The notes under the pieces were generated by a model. That model ran no database searches, was not told where the DNA came from, and saw nothing but the letters and a program-made list of their open reading frames with translations. A stretch of 64,000 nt of DNA from Antedon mediterranea (lineage: Eukaryota; Animalia; Echinodermata), in the NCBI RefSeq assembly GCF_964355755.1, contig NC_092671.1, positions 3,224,001-3,288,000 on the forward strand. Reading direction: 5' to 3'. The translations under genes were made by a program, and so were the position numbers. Numbering within the stretch: the first letter of the stretch is position 1; every line of letters starts with the position of its first letter. This document shows positions 52,201 to 64,000 of this stretch, piece after piece.

Positions 52201-54566
52201 GCCATATCATGAGCTTGGCCTAATTGTATAACAAAGCTAACGTTAAAATGATCGGGAAATGGAAATGAAGTTGTTATTCATATAATTAGAAATATAACAA
52301 TATGTTATAGGTGAATTTAAAATTAATTTGGTAAATTCATTATTAATTTAATAAGTAAACATCCAACCGAGCCTCGAACTCGAAATAATGCGCAGAAATC
52401 TATATTTTTAATAAATAAAAATCTCTATAAATTATGTATTGTTAACTAAAAGGTGGAAACTTGAAATTGTAGAGCGCGACATACTGAAACAAATGATGAA
52501 TTTATCACAAAAAAACCACAAACTTTAACTGCTTTATGTGATACAAGAATTGGACAATGCTCTAATTTATACTGAGACAAAAACGAAATAAATTGCTTAT
52601 TCATCAATCTAATAAAATGTCCTTTAGTTGACACTGTCTTGAGTCATATATATTGGATTTTTTTTCCATTTGAAACCATTTATACAATAATTCGTTATGT
52701 TCACGTTAAGTGCGAATTTCCGTTCGTCTATCCCAATGTTTAAGCAAGTTGCTCATCTTTAATTCACCGCAAGAAAATAAGTCCCTATAGCATATATCTT
52801 GGTACTTGGTGCGTAGATATCTTTGCAGTTTATTAGCAAGATATATACTGAAATTGAGAATAAAGTAATAGGCCTCCTAATAATGCAAATTACTTAATTT
52901 GAATTGGCACCCGATTCTCAGTGCTGTATCTCCAAAATAATATTATCCTGTCTCAGAAACAGTCGTAATACAGCATATCATGTGTATCACATGTGATTCC
53001 TGTATAATGCAATTTTAGATTAATGGTTAAGTTATGGTTTATGTTATACATTTAAAACCCATGTGGAGCTGTATCATGGTATTTTCCATGATAAAGTACT
53101 AATTTAGATAAAGTACCTAGAAATGAATTACAGGACATGTATACGAATGTAATAAAATAATACTGATAATCATAATGTAACCATATAAACCAAAATATGT
53201 TAATAATGAAATCATAAATTTCTATTTTTAAATACAAAATATACGGTTAATGCATTAATTTTGCCGGTTAATTTATGTATACACAATAGTGTGAGATCGT
53301 GTGTAAAACAAGCAAATGACTCGTGTTAAACAATATCAGTTATATTATTTTAAATGTATAATATCTATTATACAGGTGTATATATTGTTGGTGTAAGTAT
53401 TGTAAATATTTAGTTTATCAAAGTTAAATAATTGGAGTTAAAATAATAGTCAATTATACTATTGTGCGGTTTTTTCTTATTCTCGTAGATATTCTCATCT
53501 TCATCGTTTTATAAATAATTCAATTCATTTCCAGTCTATCTCTAAGCGGTGTTTTAGAGTTGTCTATGCCTGTCTATGTGTATAATATTTCACAAAATTT
53601 CACAGCCAAAGAGAAGCTCGAAACCGGGCATAATATTTTATTTTTACTTTACTGCACATCCCTAAAGCTATGTATCATAGTGTACCGTATATAGGAATTT
53701 ATGTTTAGCGGAACAGTAATTAGAACACATTGCCAATATTATATTTAATGTTTCTCAGTTTCTGTCATCATTATTCCTAAACCATTGAAATGCATTACTG
53801 TGATTATTTAAAATTGGGTTGGTTTATATTTGGTTTTGTAAAAGAGTAGGCCTATTTCAATAACAGTGCACGATTCTTAGTCTTAGCATGGAGAAATAAG
53901 TTAGTTAATAACTTATTTCTCCATGGTCTTAGCAAATATTGATGACAATTGTAATAGCTAAACAATTGAATATAAAAACATGGTAGGATGAAATTACAGC
54001 ATGTTATAGAATAACAGTTTGTTTTTGGTCAGAAGTTTTCTATTAGTTGCGTGTATGTGTAACGTGGTATATGCCTTGTGCAGTTTCATTGATTCTCGTT
54101 GTATGCTTGTAGGACAATGTGCATGTACAAGAGTAGGCCCTAATTGTGAAATGCATATCCAGGTCTTTCTAAGCCTACAATTCAATAGGCATATAAGTGT
54201 AAAGCCCAGACATATATCGTTTGCTAATAAACTTAGGCTACAAATTAGATAAGAGAAATGATAATATACCTGTGTCATTATCTGATCGGCGCCTGTGTCT
54301 TCTTCATCTTTGAACTCAATATCTGTATTGACATTTTTAGTGAGCTCATTGAAAGCGGCGTCATCCCGATAAATCCTACCCTCGGCTTCTCCACTTGCAG
54401 GCACTTTGCATTCAGAAATACTGGGAACGTATTCTCTATAGTTGAGGGGTCTCAGCGGTTCCTGTCCCCTACTGCTACCACCAGGCCGGCTTGGAGAGCA
54501 CGCAAAAGTTACCCCAACAAAAACGATATAAACGAACAAATGGTATAGTTTCCTATGTTTTCTCAT
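43213..54566 (-). CDS. hh: Hedgehog protein precursor; exons 54566-54270, 44801-44534, 43880-43213
   Basis: Signal peptide then C-S-P-S-R-P-G; [17 protein letters not shown]|RCNDRL; [37 protein letters not shown] (Zn ligands present); GG|CF autoprocessing site; Hint motifs LTAEH and APLT..G.IVVD. The intron positions are those conserved in hedgehog genes. Confidence 0.97.
46126..46290. mobile_element. foldback MITE family, copy 1 (hh intron 1)
   Basis: TTGGTTCCCAC...CCAATCACA / TGTGATTGG...AGTGGGAACAGAG inverted structure. Confidence 0.7.
47671..47932. mobile_element. foldback MITE family, two adjacent copies (hh intron 1)
   Basis: AAGCTTAGTTCCCACT...GCGCAACGCAAG/CTTGCGTTGCGC and TTGGTTCCCA...AGTGGGAACCAAGCTT; homologous to 46126-46290. 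Confidence 0.7.
49172..49305. mobile_element. foldback MITE family, truncated copy (hh intron 1)
   Basis: GACGCAAC...GATCAATCA...TGTGATTGGTCAA...GTTGCGTC, same core as the 46.1 and 47.7 kb copies. Confidence 0.65.
51103..51190. repeat. 44-bp tandem duplication
   Basis: TATAGAGATACGCAAGACATTCTGAAAGTGCTAG[AG]TTGTAGGC occurs twice. Confidence 0.9.
51763..52140. repeat. 58-bp minisatellite, about 5 copies plus a partial copy (hh intron 1)
   Basis: GGCAGAGAAAACACCTCAGAATACGTCAGGTTTACCATGCTTACAGCGACGGTCCCGA repeated. Confidence 0.95.
53880..53932. mobile_element. probable P-superfamily transposon excision footprint / minimal element
   Basis: GTCTTAG - CATGGAGAAATAAGTTA - GTTAA - TAACTTATTTCTCCATG - GTCTTAG: a perfect 17-bp inverted repeat flanked by a 7-bp direct repeat. 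Confidence 0.7.
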
Positions 54567-55251
54567 CGTGTATGTTTCCAATGAAAAGTTGTAGATGTCC
54601 CAAAGTCAAGCTTATAATAAACTATTACAAACCAAGTTGGTTTTTAACGGTACTTTTCAATCTTCCAAAATGTGGAATCAACAAGTGGTTATAAACTTCC
54701 GCTCTGATTTAATCGATGAATGAAGTTATCACGATACCAGAACTACCCAGTTCCGTGTCAGTAACAGCAGAACAGAACACTCACCAGTCAAATGTACAAA
54801 TGGAAATTGTCAACAAACTCTCTTATTTAATATATTGATAGTTTAGCTTTGAGATAATAGCAACTGGACTCTATTGTTTAATACGGACTTTTCATTGGTC
54901 TATACTATGTGACGTATACTAGTATACTGCTGCAACCATGTTTCCACAATGAAACGGGCAAACAACGTACACAATATTAGAACACGTTTCACCTTTTCCA
55001 AGATCTAAATCAAAGATAAAATAATATATTGTTAATATAATAAATATTATCTAATATTTTCTATAAAAAGAAGAATGTTTTTAATTCTATTTCGGCCACG
55101 CCTATTTATTATTCTATTGATTTAGTGTTATAATGAAATGTGAAGATATTGCGCGTGTATTTTGTGACGTACTTTTTTATAATTAGAGTTATATATTTTT
55201 TTAACAAAGTGATCAAGAACATTTGGTTAAAACTTCGTATTTAACCAATAT

Positions 55252-55460
55252 TAATAGATGTTATTCTATACGAATTTCCCACGATAATGTTTTCTTTTTA
55301 AAATAATAATTTCGATAATTTAAACAATTAAACGTTTGAAATATTTTGGTGTATGTACAAAACAAGGTTATAACCAATAGATGTCATTCTATTGCGAATT
55401 TCCCACAATAATGTTTTATTTGAACAATAATAATTTCAATAATTAAACAAATTAAAAGTT
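55252..55460. repeat. diverged duplication of about 124 bp upstream of hh
   Basis: AATAGATGT.ATTCTAT..CGAATTTCCCAC.ATAATGTTTT occurs at about 55253 and 55376. Confidence 0.8.
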
Positions 55461-58400
55461 GTGTGGTATATGTCACAAAGTTACCATTTGATAAGTAGGC
55501 CTACCATATCAAATTTATTTATAAAGTATTAATTGTTATATAACTTAATACGATATGGCGATAGAGTAAACACATAAATCACATATTCGTAATCCCGCAA
55601 CAAGTGATTGAAATGGTTATTGTTTTCTCAGGTTTAATCTCACTAAGCTCATTAAAGTTGATGATTATTGGTTTAATCGTGGTTTCAATTTTGGCGGATA
55701 TAATATATAATTTAAATATAAATGTGTAAGATAGTGGTTGTGGAATTTTTAGGAACTCGCTTGTTTTAAAGAAAATATTAAAATTTGATCGACATACAAA
55801 ACAAACAAAAATACGTAGTTTAAACATGTTTCTGGTAAAATGGAACCGTTTATTTGGTCTTGTTTAACAAATTGAAAACATTATTATTGTTGTTTATATG
55901 TTTTGGCAAAATTGAATGATTTTATTAAAACTACAAAATGGCCTATTCATATTTCGATTTTATACGTCCATATTTTTTCATTTTGTTTGGGGAACAATAC
56001 ATCTTTAATAAAAAAAACCTAAAATAATTTTTAAAAAGGAGAATTTTATAATTAGGCTAAACTGCTTTTTTAAAATTTCTTCGCTTCATAAAAGGTGAAT
56101 ATATTTATTTGTATTTTATGGAAAGACACTACATTGACAACATTTCTTCTTTATATGAAAATTTTGTTTCATACCTTTACATAAAAGTAAACATTTATGG
56201 AATTAACAACTTGTTGTGATGCTAAATGTACCGTGTGCCAATCAATTCTGTTATCACAAACTAATGTATGCCTAAAGAACAAAAACACTTTCTTTCAAAT
56301 ACACTTGATAGAAAAAAAAAGGAAATGCTTGGCGGTAAATAATTGTTTGAAGATCTTTACTTGGCCTTGAATTTCACCTTCATATTACCGGAAATGAAGC
56401 CAGCAATTGACATGTATTAAAGCATTAGAAATAAGCTGGTGTGGAATGGCAATGCCTGCAGCTTACACTCGGCTTGTCCACAAGAAAACAATTAATTTGT
56501 TTTTTTAACAACATGCCAATCAAGATATTGATACCAAATCAATTAAAAGATGAACAATATTGGAAAATGATTGACAATAATGATTGAGTGATATTGGTGG
56601 CATATTGGAAATCTGCCACAAAACGCAAGTCAACGACTGATAATCAGTCTAATGGTCCAAAACTTACTGTTCATAATTTGAATGAAATAGCGATTCGGTG
56701 CTTGTCAACACGTTTGTTACAGCATGTAAATACCTTGTTTCTTTACACTGTGAGAGTATTAAGAGTGTAAAAATATGTTGTGATTTGTAAAAGTGACAGG
56801 ATCTAAGCAAACACAAACGGTATATTAAAGTTATGCGAATAAAAGTAATTGACATGTCCAAAAAGTTTAATTTCATGAAAACTTTCTTCAATCCAGAAAA
56901 TGCAGTGAATTTCTATTACAATATAACAAAGATGTTTTTAATTAATTACGAACTTTAAATCTATATAGGCCTAATTAATTAATTTTTGTATGTAAAATGT
57001 ATTCATGTTGTCATCATTTTTTTTGTAAAGAAACAGCAAAACCAATGTGTAAGAAAAATTTACTTATTCTCTAAAAACATCTCTTTTTTTCTGAAATTAA
57101 ATTATTGTACCAAATATGTTGTCAGAGGTACTATGTAAATAATGGTGACATAGAGAAACAGCCAATCAGATAGAATAACTTATACGAAGTTTAGAAACTT
57201 TTCAATTCGTAGACAGCAAAACCTAATTTTAAATCAAAATGCTTTTTTAAAATCAGAATTTATTTATTATTATTATTGTTTATATTTTATTAGAATTTAT
57301 TAAACATTTTCAAGCAAAGAATTACAAAACTTCTCCTGAAAAATTATGTTTTGTGAAGATTTTTGAAAGAATAGAGGCGAAAATTTACTTTCACTTGTAA
57401 AGAAAAGCACTATAACATTTTGGACCTCTCAACGGATACCGATGATACATAATTCAACATAAGATAGGATATGATATTGTCGGCACGTAAATCTCTTATG
57501 AAAATGAATTTCAGAACGCAAGAAACTTTTGATAAAACTCATTCACTAAGGTGCTTGAAAACGTGATGGATAATAAGGTGTTACCACTTACAGTCCTTGA
57601 AAATCCCACAAAATTCGTGCCTTTTTAGCAATGTTTTACTAGCGATTACAGTAGAAACTTATAGTGTATTTGCCTATAATAAGTCTTGCAATTATCTTAA
57701 TCCGGTTAGTTATACAAATACCACGTTTAGGCAAGTAAGCTTTACTACTCTAAGGGAAAAGTTAGCCACAACCGGGTAAATATCTTACAAAAGTGATACT
57801 ATATCTGTCTAGCCATCTTATTGAAATTGACACTTTTATTAATACCATTAATACTTTTAAACTTCATAGTTGATGTATTATTACTATTTTTATCCTCATC
57901 ATCGACTATTTTTATTTATAATTATTTATTATTCACACAACTTAGTATACCAAGCCAGTTAAAGAAAGTTTAAAGTTGTTAAAATCTGTCCATATGATAA
58001 TATATTACTCGTCCAGATTTGAACCCAGTAACGTGGACTTGTAGGTGAGCACATAATCATCAAGATATCTTTGACATTATGATCTGAAATTATTTTGATA
58101 ACTACTTCCATATACATTTTATATATTTGTCTTCACAAGTTGCCCTGGGGTCTTCAGGTCTTTCCGGATTTCGTGCAAATTTCTGTGGCATTCTTAAAGT
58201 CAATATTTGCATTGGTAGAAAATGGCGACAAGACTATGTAGTGTATTGAAGATGGAATGCCTAAAATCGTCAGTACTATTGTCAGAATGTCGATCAAGAA
58301 ATTCCCATGGTACCCTTTCAGACCTAAGGCGCTCTAGCAAGTTGCCTATTTACACGCAAACGATTAGCAGAGTACTTTCAATGATCTAAATACATAGAGC

Positions 58401-58584
58401 CAATTTTAAGGAAATTGGTAGTTAACTTTAGAATTCAGTTTCCACTATCGCTTACATGAATTAAATAACTATATATTACCTCTGATAGTTTAAGTTAACA
58501 TGAACTAACCTCTCGTAGGCCTATATGTATTATGTACAGGCATAAGGAATCAAATAGGCTACATAATCTGCAACTTTGTCATCC

Positions 58585-58830
58585 TTTCATCACCGGTCGT
58601 CGTCGTTCATTACCGGTCTTTGTCGATCATTATTGGTCGTCGTTTATCACGTCCAGTCTTCGTTCTCGCCAGTAGTCGTCATTTATCACCGGTCGTCGTC
58701 GTTCATCACCAGTCATTGTTTATTATCGGTTGTCGTCATCCTTCGCAAGTCATTGTCATTCATCACCGGTCGTCGTCGTTCATCAACGGTCGTTTGTCGT
58801 TCTTCATCATTCGGTCGCCGTTATCGCTCA
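58585..58830. repeat. degenerate low-complexity repeat (TCATCACCGGTCGTCGTCGT-like)
   Basis: Repeated TCATCACCGGTCGTCGTCGTTC units with decay. Confidence 0.8.
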
Positions 58831-60622
58831 ACACTATAAACCAGTTATATAGCCTTAGTAAAGAGACATGTTACAGTTCATTATGATATATTTTAACGAA
58901 TCTCTCTTTAAAGTGTAAACAGTTTCTGTTTGACATATTTTGTCATTGTTACCGTGTACTTGTGGCTGGGATATATGTCTGTCTGTATTGTCTTCCCGAA
59001 CGTAATTTGCCAAGAGCAGGATAACCCCAACAAAATGATTTCTTTCGGTAAATATTTGTTTATTCTCCCTTGACAGTACAGACGACGGAACTTCACCAGG
59101 CCTAACAATTCACTTATCGAAGTCTCTCAATACCTTTTAATCGTGGCGATTTATATAGAAACTTAGATCAGAATAACAAAATTCAAATACGATTTTAGAT
59201 TTTTGCAATGACTTTTCGGTTTTGTCAGTTGGACCTTTGTCTGTGGATGGTTTTACGATTTGTTTGTTTTACGTGGGAGCTATGAACTAAAACGCGTTTC
59301 TTTTTAGTCCTCCAGTTAAGTTAAGTTAAGTTAAGTCAAATAAAGATTTACTTGAGAATCAATAAAAACCATAAATACCATTCTATCAAATAGAAAACGA
59401 CGTAATGTTTGCATTTATGCTTTTATTCAAAAAGCTAAAACAACTATGATTAATTTCAATAAAAATCCCATCTGTATTGAAAAACATTTTATTCGTAAAC
59501 AATTAATAATTCTCAATATAATTAGAATCTGAAGTAAGCAATTCAAGTACAGTTCCCAATTATTCTTTATTACATTCATTATAGATTTGTTGAATAAACT
59601 TGAGACAATAAAGTTGCTTTGCAGGACTTACTCGTTGTACACCCACGTTACTTAAACAAACGTTTAATGCTAATATTAGTGTAATCTCAACTTTAACAAA
59701 ACAACATTAATCATGAAATTGCCAAGCGGTACAGATAAATTTATTGTACAACATTTTAGAAAACCAAAATATATAATTTTCAAATAATATATGAAGCACC
59801 ATAATATTTTTGGGTTTGTATCATTATCAGCAATTTATTTGAAGCATCTAGATAATTCATTGATTTTACAACCAGACTAAAACATAATAATAAGTTGACA
59901 ATAGAAAAAAGTAAATTCTGTACGGAACCTATGGAACGCCGTTTTCGCAAGTTTTGGCAATGATTAAAATTACATTGAGGATGAAAATTGTATCGATGCG
60001 GCGTTCCATATAGGCCTATTGGTACGTACCCGAAAGCAAGTAATTAGGAATTTCACTCTTTTACAGGTCAAAGAAAGACCAGAAGTTATAGACTTAATTG
60101 AAACAAAAATCTGTTGTAGACTAATTCAAAAGCCACATAAAAAAAAACAAATAAACCTTACCTCACTTCCGTAAAGTTTTTTATAGTAAAAACACGATTA
60201 TAAATGAAAACCCCAACATAATTGAACAACAACTTAAAAAGACTTCATCAAAATATGTTTTTATCTAAAATGTCTATAGTTAAATAGCCACGCGAGCTGA
60301 CCACTTTACAACCGAACAAATCCCAACCACTATTCCATAACAATACAATGTTTGTTTTACTTTGTCTTAAGTTTCCTTCTTTAAACCAAATGAATAAAGA
60401 TCAACAACTTGCGGTATCGCATTGATATTGAGCGGCCAAGTATGTACTGTTTTAACTTGGCCATACACACGAGTATCGTAATTCGTATTTTCAATTGATC
60501 GTTATTTTATATCGTATATACTTTGGGTTGAAATACAAACTACAGAACAAAACTTCAGGTTTAGTTACCTGTCACGTGGATACACCGATATGAGGTTATT
60601 TTTAAAGTTATGTGCGCTTCAT

Positions 60623-61830
60623 AAGTGATGTAAAGTAAAGTAATGTGACGTAAAGTAATGTGACGTAAAGTAATGTAATGTAAAGTAATATGATGTAAAG
60701 TAATGTGATGTAAAGTAATGTGATGTAAAGTAATGTGATGTAAAGTGATTAAAGTAATGTGATGTAAAGTAATGTGATGTAAAGTAATGTGATGTAAAGT
60801 GATGTAAAGTAATGTGATGTAAAGTAATGTAATGTAAAGCAATGTGATGTAAAGTAATGTAATGTAAAGCAATGTGATGTAAAGTAATGTATGTGATGTA
60901 AAGTAATGTGATGTAAAGTAATGTGATGTAAAGTAATATGATGTAAAGTAATGTAATGTAAAGCAATGTAATGTAAAGTAATGTGATGTAAAGTAATGTA
61001 ATGTAAAGTAATATGATGTAAAGTAATGTGATGTAAAGTAATGTAATGTAAAGCATTGTGATGTAAAGTGATGTAAAGTAAAGTAATGTGACGTAAAATA
61101 ATGTGATGTAAAGTAATGTAATGTAAAGTAATATGATGTAAAGTAATGTGATGTAAAGTAATGTGATATAAAGTAATGTGATGTAAAGTAATGTGATGTA
61201 AAGTAATGTAATGTAAAGTAATGTGATGTAAAGTAATGTGATATAAAGTAATGTGATGTAAAGTAATGTGATGTAAAGTAATGTGATGTAAAGTAATGTG
61301 ATGTAAAGTAATGTGATGTAAAGTAATGTAATGTAAAGTAATGTGATGTAAAGTAATGTGATATAAAGTAATGTGATGTAAAGTAATGTGATGTAAAGTA
61401 ATGTGATGTAAAGTAATGTGATGTAAAGTAATGTGATGTAAAGTAATGTGATGTAAAGTAATGTGATGTAAAGTAATGTGATGTAAAGTGATTAAAGTAA
61501 TGTGATGTAAAGTAATGTGATGTAAAGTAATGTGATGTAAAGTGATGTAAAGTAATGTGATGTAAAGTAATGTAATGTAAAGCAATGTAATGTAAAGTAA
61601 TGTGATGTAAAGTAATGTAATGTAAAGTAATGTATGTGATGTAAAGTAATGTGATGTAAAGTAATGTGATGTAAAGTAATATGATGTAAAGTAATGTAAT
61701 GTAAAGCAATGTAATGTAAAGTAATGTGATGTAAAGTAATGTGATGAAATGTAATGTAATGTAAAGTAATGCAAAGTAATGTGATGTAAGTACAGTAATG
61801 TGATGTAAAGTAATGTAATGTGATGTAAAT
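60623..61830. repeat. 15-bp satellite (GTAAAGTAATGTGAT)n, about 80 copies
   Basis: Continuous array with variants GCAAT, GTAAT, GTGATT; decays to about 61900. Confidence 0.97.
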
Positions 61831-64000
61831 TAAATTAATTTGTCTAATGTAAAGAAATTAAATAAATGTAAAGTAATGTAAATTAATGAAATGTAATGTA
61901 AAGTAAGAAGCTTAAATTTATTAGGACAAAATTTAAATTATTGCACATTATTTGAGCAAAACCAGTTCGTTGACCATATAAGGCATTCTATAGGTTATTG
62001 TTGACCTCTAAGATATTGTTGGGGGTCAAGAGAAACTCAAACAAATTAAGCCAAATGGTAATATTTGTAATAACTGCCTTTACTCGTGCAGATTAAATTT
62101 ACATAATGCGGTATGTCTAATTAGCTGAATAGTTCATCAACTTTCCGGTATTGGCAGGCCTTTTTATTTCTATGAAAGGCTTCTGAACCAAAGATCAACT
62201 ATAGTGGGGGTTAATTTATTTGTGTTTTTGAGTTGATATTTTATTTGATGTAGTGAAAATTGATAGTGATAAACTAATATTCTTTGTGCTTTCGCATTTC
62301 CCTGTGGCAATTGCAATGTTTAGGTGAGAAGACCGTCAGGTCAACAAGTTACGATAACTCAGAGAAATTGAAAAACACCTAAATAAACACCATTAGTAAA
62401 GCACTTACATATGTAAGCAGACGGTTGAGGGTAGCGGTAGAATCACAATTGAGCGCCCCTTCACTTTGTTCATTACACGTAGCGTGCGGGCATTGGTCTT
62501 TGACTGAACAATGACAGGCCTAGGATATAGCCAGATGGAAATAACAATGTTATTAAATGTTGCCTGATTTTGGTCTGATGAAAATTTAAAAAATGAATAT
62601 TTATTAATTTCAGCAATTGTTTTTAATCAATAAACTGTTTTGTATAATTTTTAGTTAATAGTTTATAATATAAGACGAAAATAAGAAAAAAGAAAGAAAA
62701 AAAAAGAAGAAAAAAAGAAGATATTTTTTCTACTTTAACACTACGACACTACGCTGGCCTACAAAGTAGGTCTACACTTAAACTAGGCTTTAGACAAACA
62801 CGGATTAAGTTAATAATTAAATAAATCTGCGCAGTGTACTTTGCATCGATGCGCAGCCAATCTCTTCTTCCTTCCTACTTCGCGTAGGTCCGCGCGTATC
62901 AAGGTCATTTAACCGGTTTTAAGAAAGAATACTTATTGTTTAAGGTGTTGTTTACTTTACCACTTGCACGAGTCACTTCCAGGGGGCGCTTTTTCATTAT
63001 ATCATTGATAATAGCAAAGATTTATTTAATTGATTTGAAACATAAAAGAACAATTACTTCCGTTTTGTATTCATCTAGACCGCAGACTGACGTTTAAAAG
63101 CGAGCCAATGGTTTAGTGAGAGGAAGTTGTTAAGATTATTAGTGATACTCGTGTCATAAAAGTAAAATCGGTTCAAGAAACTTTCTAGAAATTAGAAATT
63201 TAACGATGTTTCTCGTCTTTACCGTACATTTCATACCGATTGTTACCAGTGTGTTAAAACGTAGCAACACCATTACTGAATATTTTATTAGTGGCCGCGA
63301 AACATTTTTCGACGTATCAGCTTGACAACAGACATACTTCAATTGCAATCATAATACAGGAGAAATATGGCAATCAAAATGCCTTCTAAAATCAAATCTT
63401 CTTCTTCTAACAATTTTTAGTCTATGTGAATGTTACACCCGTATGAATTGGACCCATATATGATCAAGGTACCAAACTGAACGAAAGTATTTTCTGTACA
63501 TTGTATTTTTCTGTCATGTTTTGTGTTTCATTGTAGAGGTAAGAAGGCTACTTTTGAAGAAATTGATACGTTGAACAGTATGCCTACTTGTTCTAGTACT
63601 GGCAGGAAACAAGATTTTTTTTAAATTATATTTATTGAACTTGTAATTCAAAACAATTCAGCAAACAGTTCAAAAAGGAAGTTACATCTCCCGCCTACAA
63701 AACATTGACCATGAAGTGTTAAATCGATTTTTTTATTTTTTTACATAGGAAAAATTGGAATGAATTGTTTGTGTTGTTTTCTCCACTCTTTTCGTATAAC
63801 GTTGGTGGCGCCCTTTTAAATCTTGACACTTGTCAGAAAGGACATACTTAGCAAACATTTGATTGAGGGGAATCCATTCTGTAACCGCCTGAGGTACTCC
63901 AATATTTTAGCTTATGCCAATCTTTTCAATCTTACAAAATGTAGCCTACTTTCACTTTCTACCTTTTTTTCATAGGCTATCCTATATAACAATACTTCAA

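Noticed and set aside
54567-54581. ORF-track start of hedgehog at 54581
   Set aside because: That codon is TTG; the first in-frame ATG is at 54566 and gives a normal signal peptide.
57990-58075. tRNA gene (B-box-like GGTTCAAATC on the minus strand)
   Set aside because: No cloverleaf or A box; at most a decayed SINE head.
60561-61774. His/Thr/Tyr-rich ORFs of 145-382 aa
   Set aside because: Translations of a 15-bp satellite.
54700-64000. LMBR1 or other coding exons upstream of hh
   Set aside because: No recognisable coding exon found by eye; short ORFs are AT-rich noise, although small exons could be missed.

Overview
AT-rich (roughly one third GC) intron-containing eukaryotic DNA, most consistent with an invertebrate deuterostome such as an echinoderm (taxon is an inference). 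Gene order, with splice sites read manually: FBXL17 (+, 6 coding exons, possibly 5'-truncated by the window edge); a convergent Praja-type RING-H2 E3 ligase (-, 5 coding exons; its RING is missed by the ORF track); a giant secreted protein made almost entirely of about 100 LDL-receptor class A (LDLa) modules (-, with one 11.3-kb exon and a 21 x 108-bp homogenised array); a small Thr-rich single-pass membrane protein (+); a second, paralogous, divergently transcribed LDLa-array secreted protein (+, 28 modules with a 123-bp homogenised array and a coiled-coil tail); an intronless Toll-like receptor (+); and a three-exon hedgehog gene (-) with several divergent conserved sites. Non-coding DNA carries a decayed Penelope-like retroelement, several MITE families, SINE/LINE tails, minisatellites, a 1.2-kb 15-bp satellite and a probable P-element excision footprint. 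The best candidate for an undescribed system is the head-to-head pair of LDLa-only secreted proteins with independently homogenising repeat arrays plus the intervening membrane mucin. This may be an egg-coat/fertilisation-envelope or extracellular matrix/immune locus.
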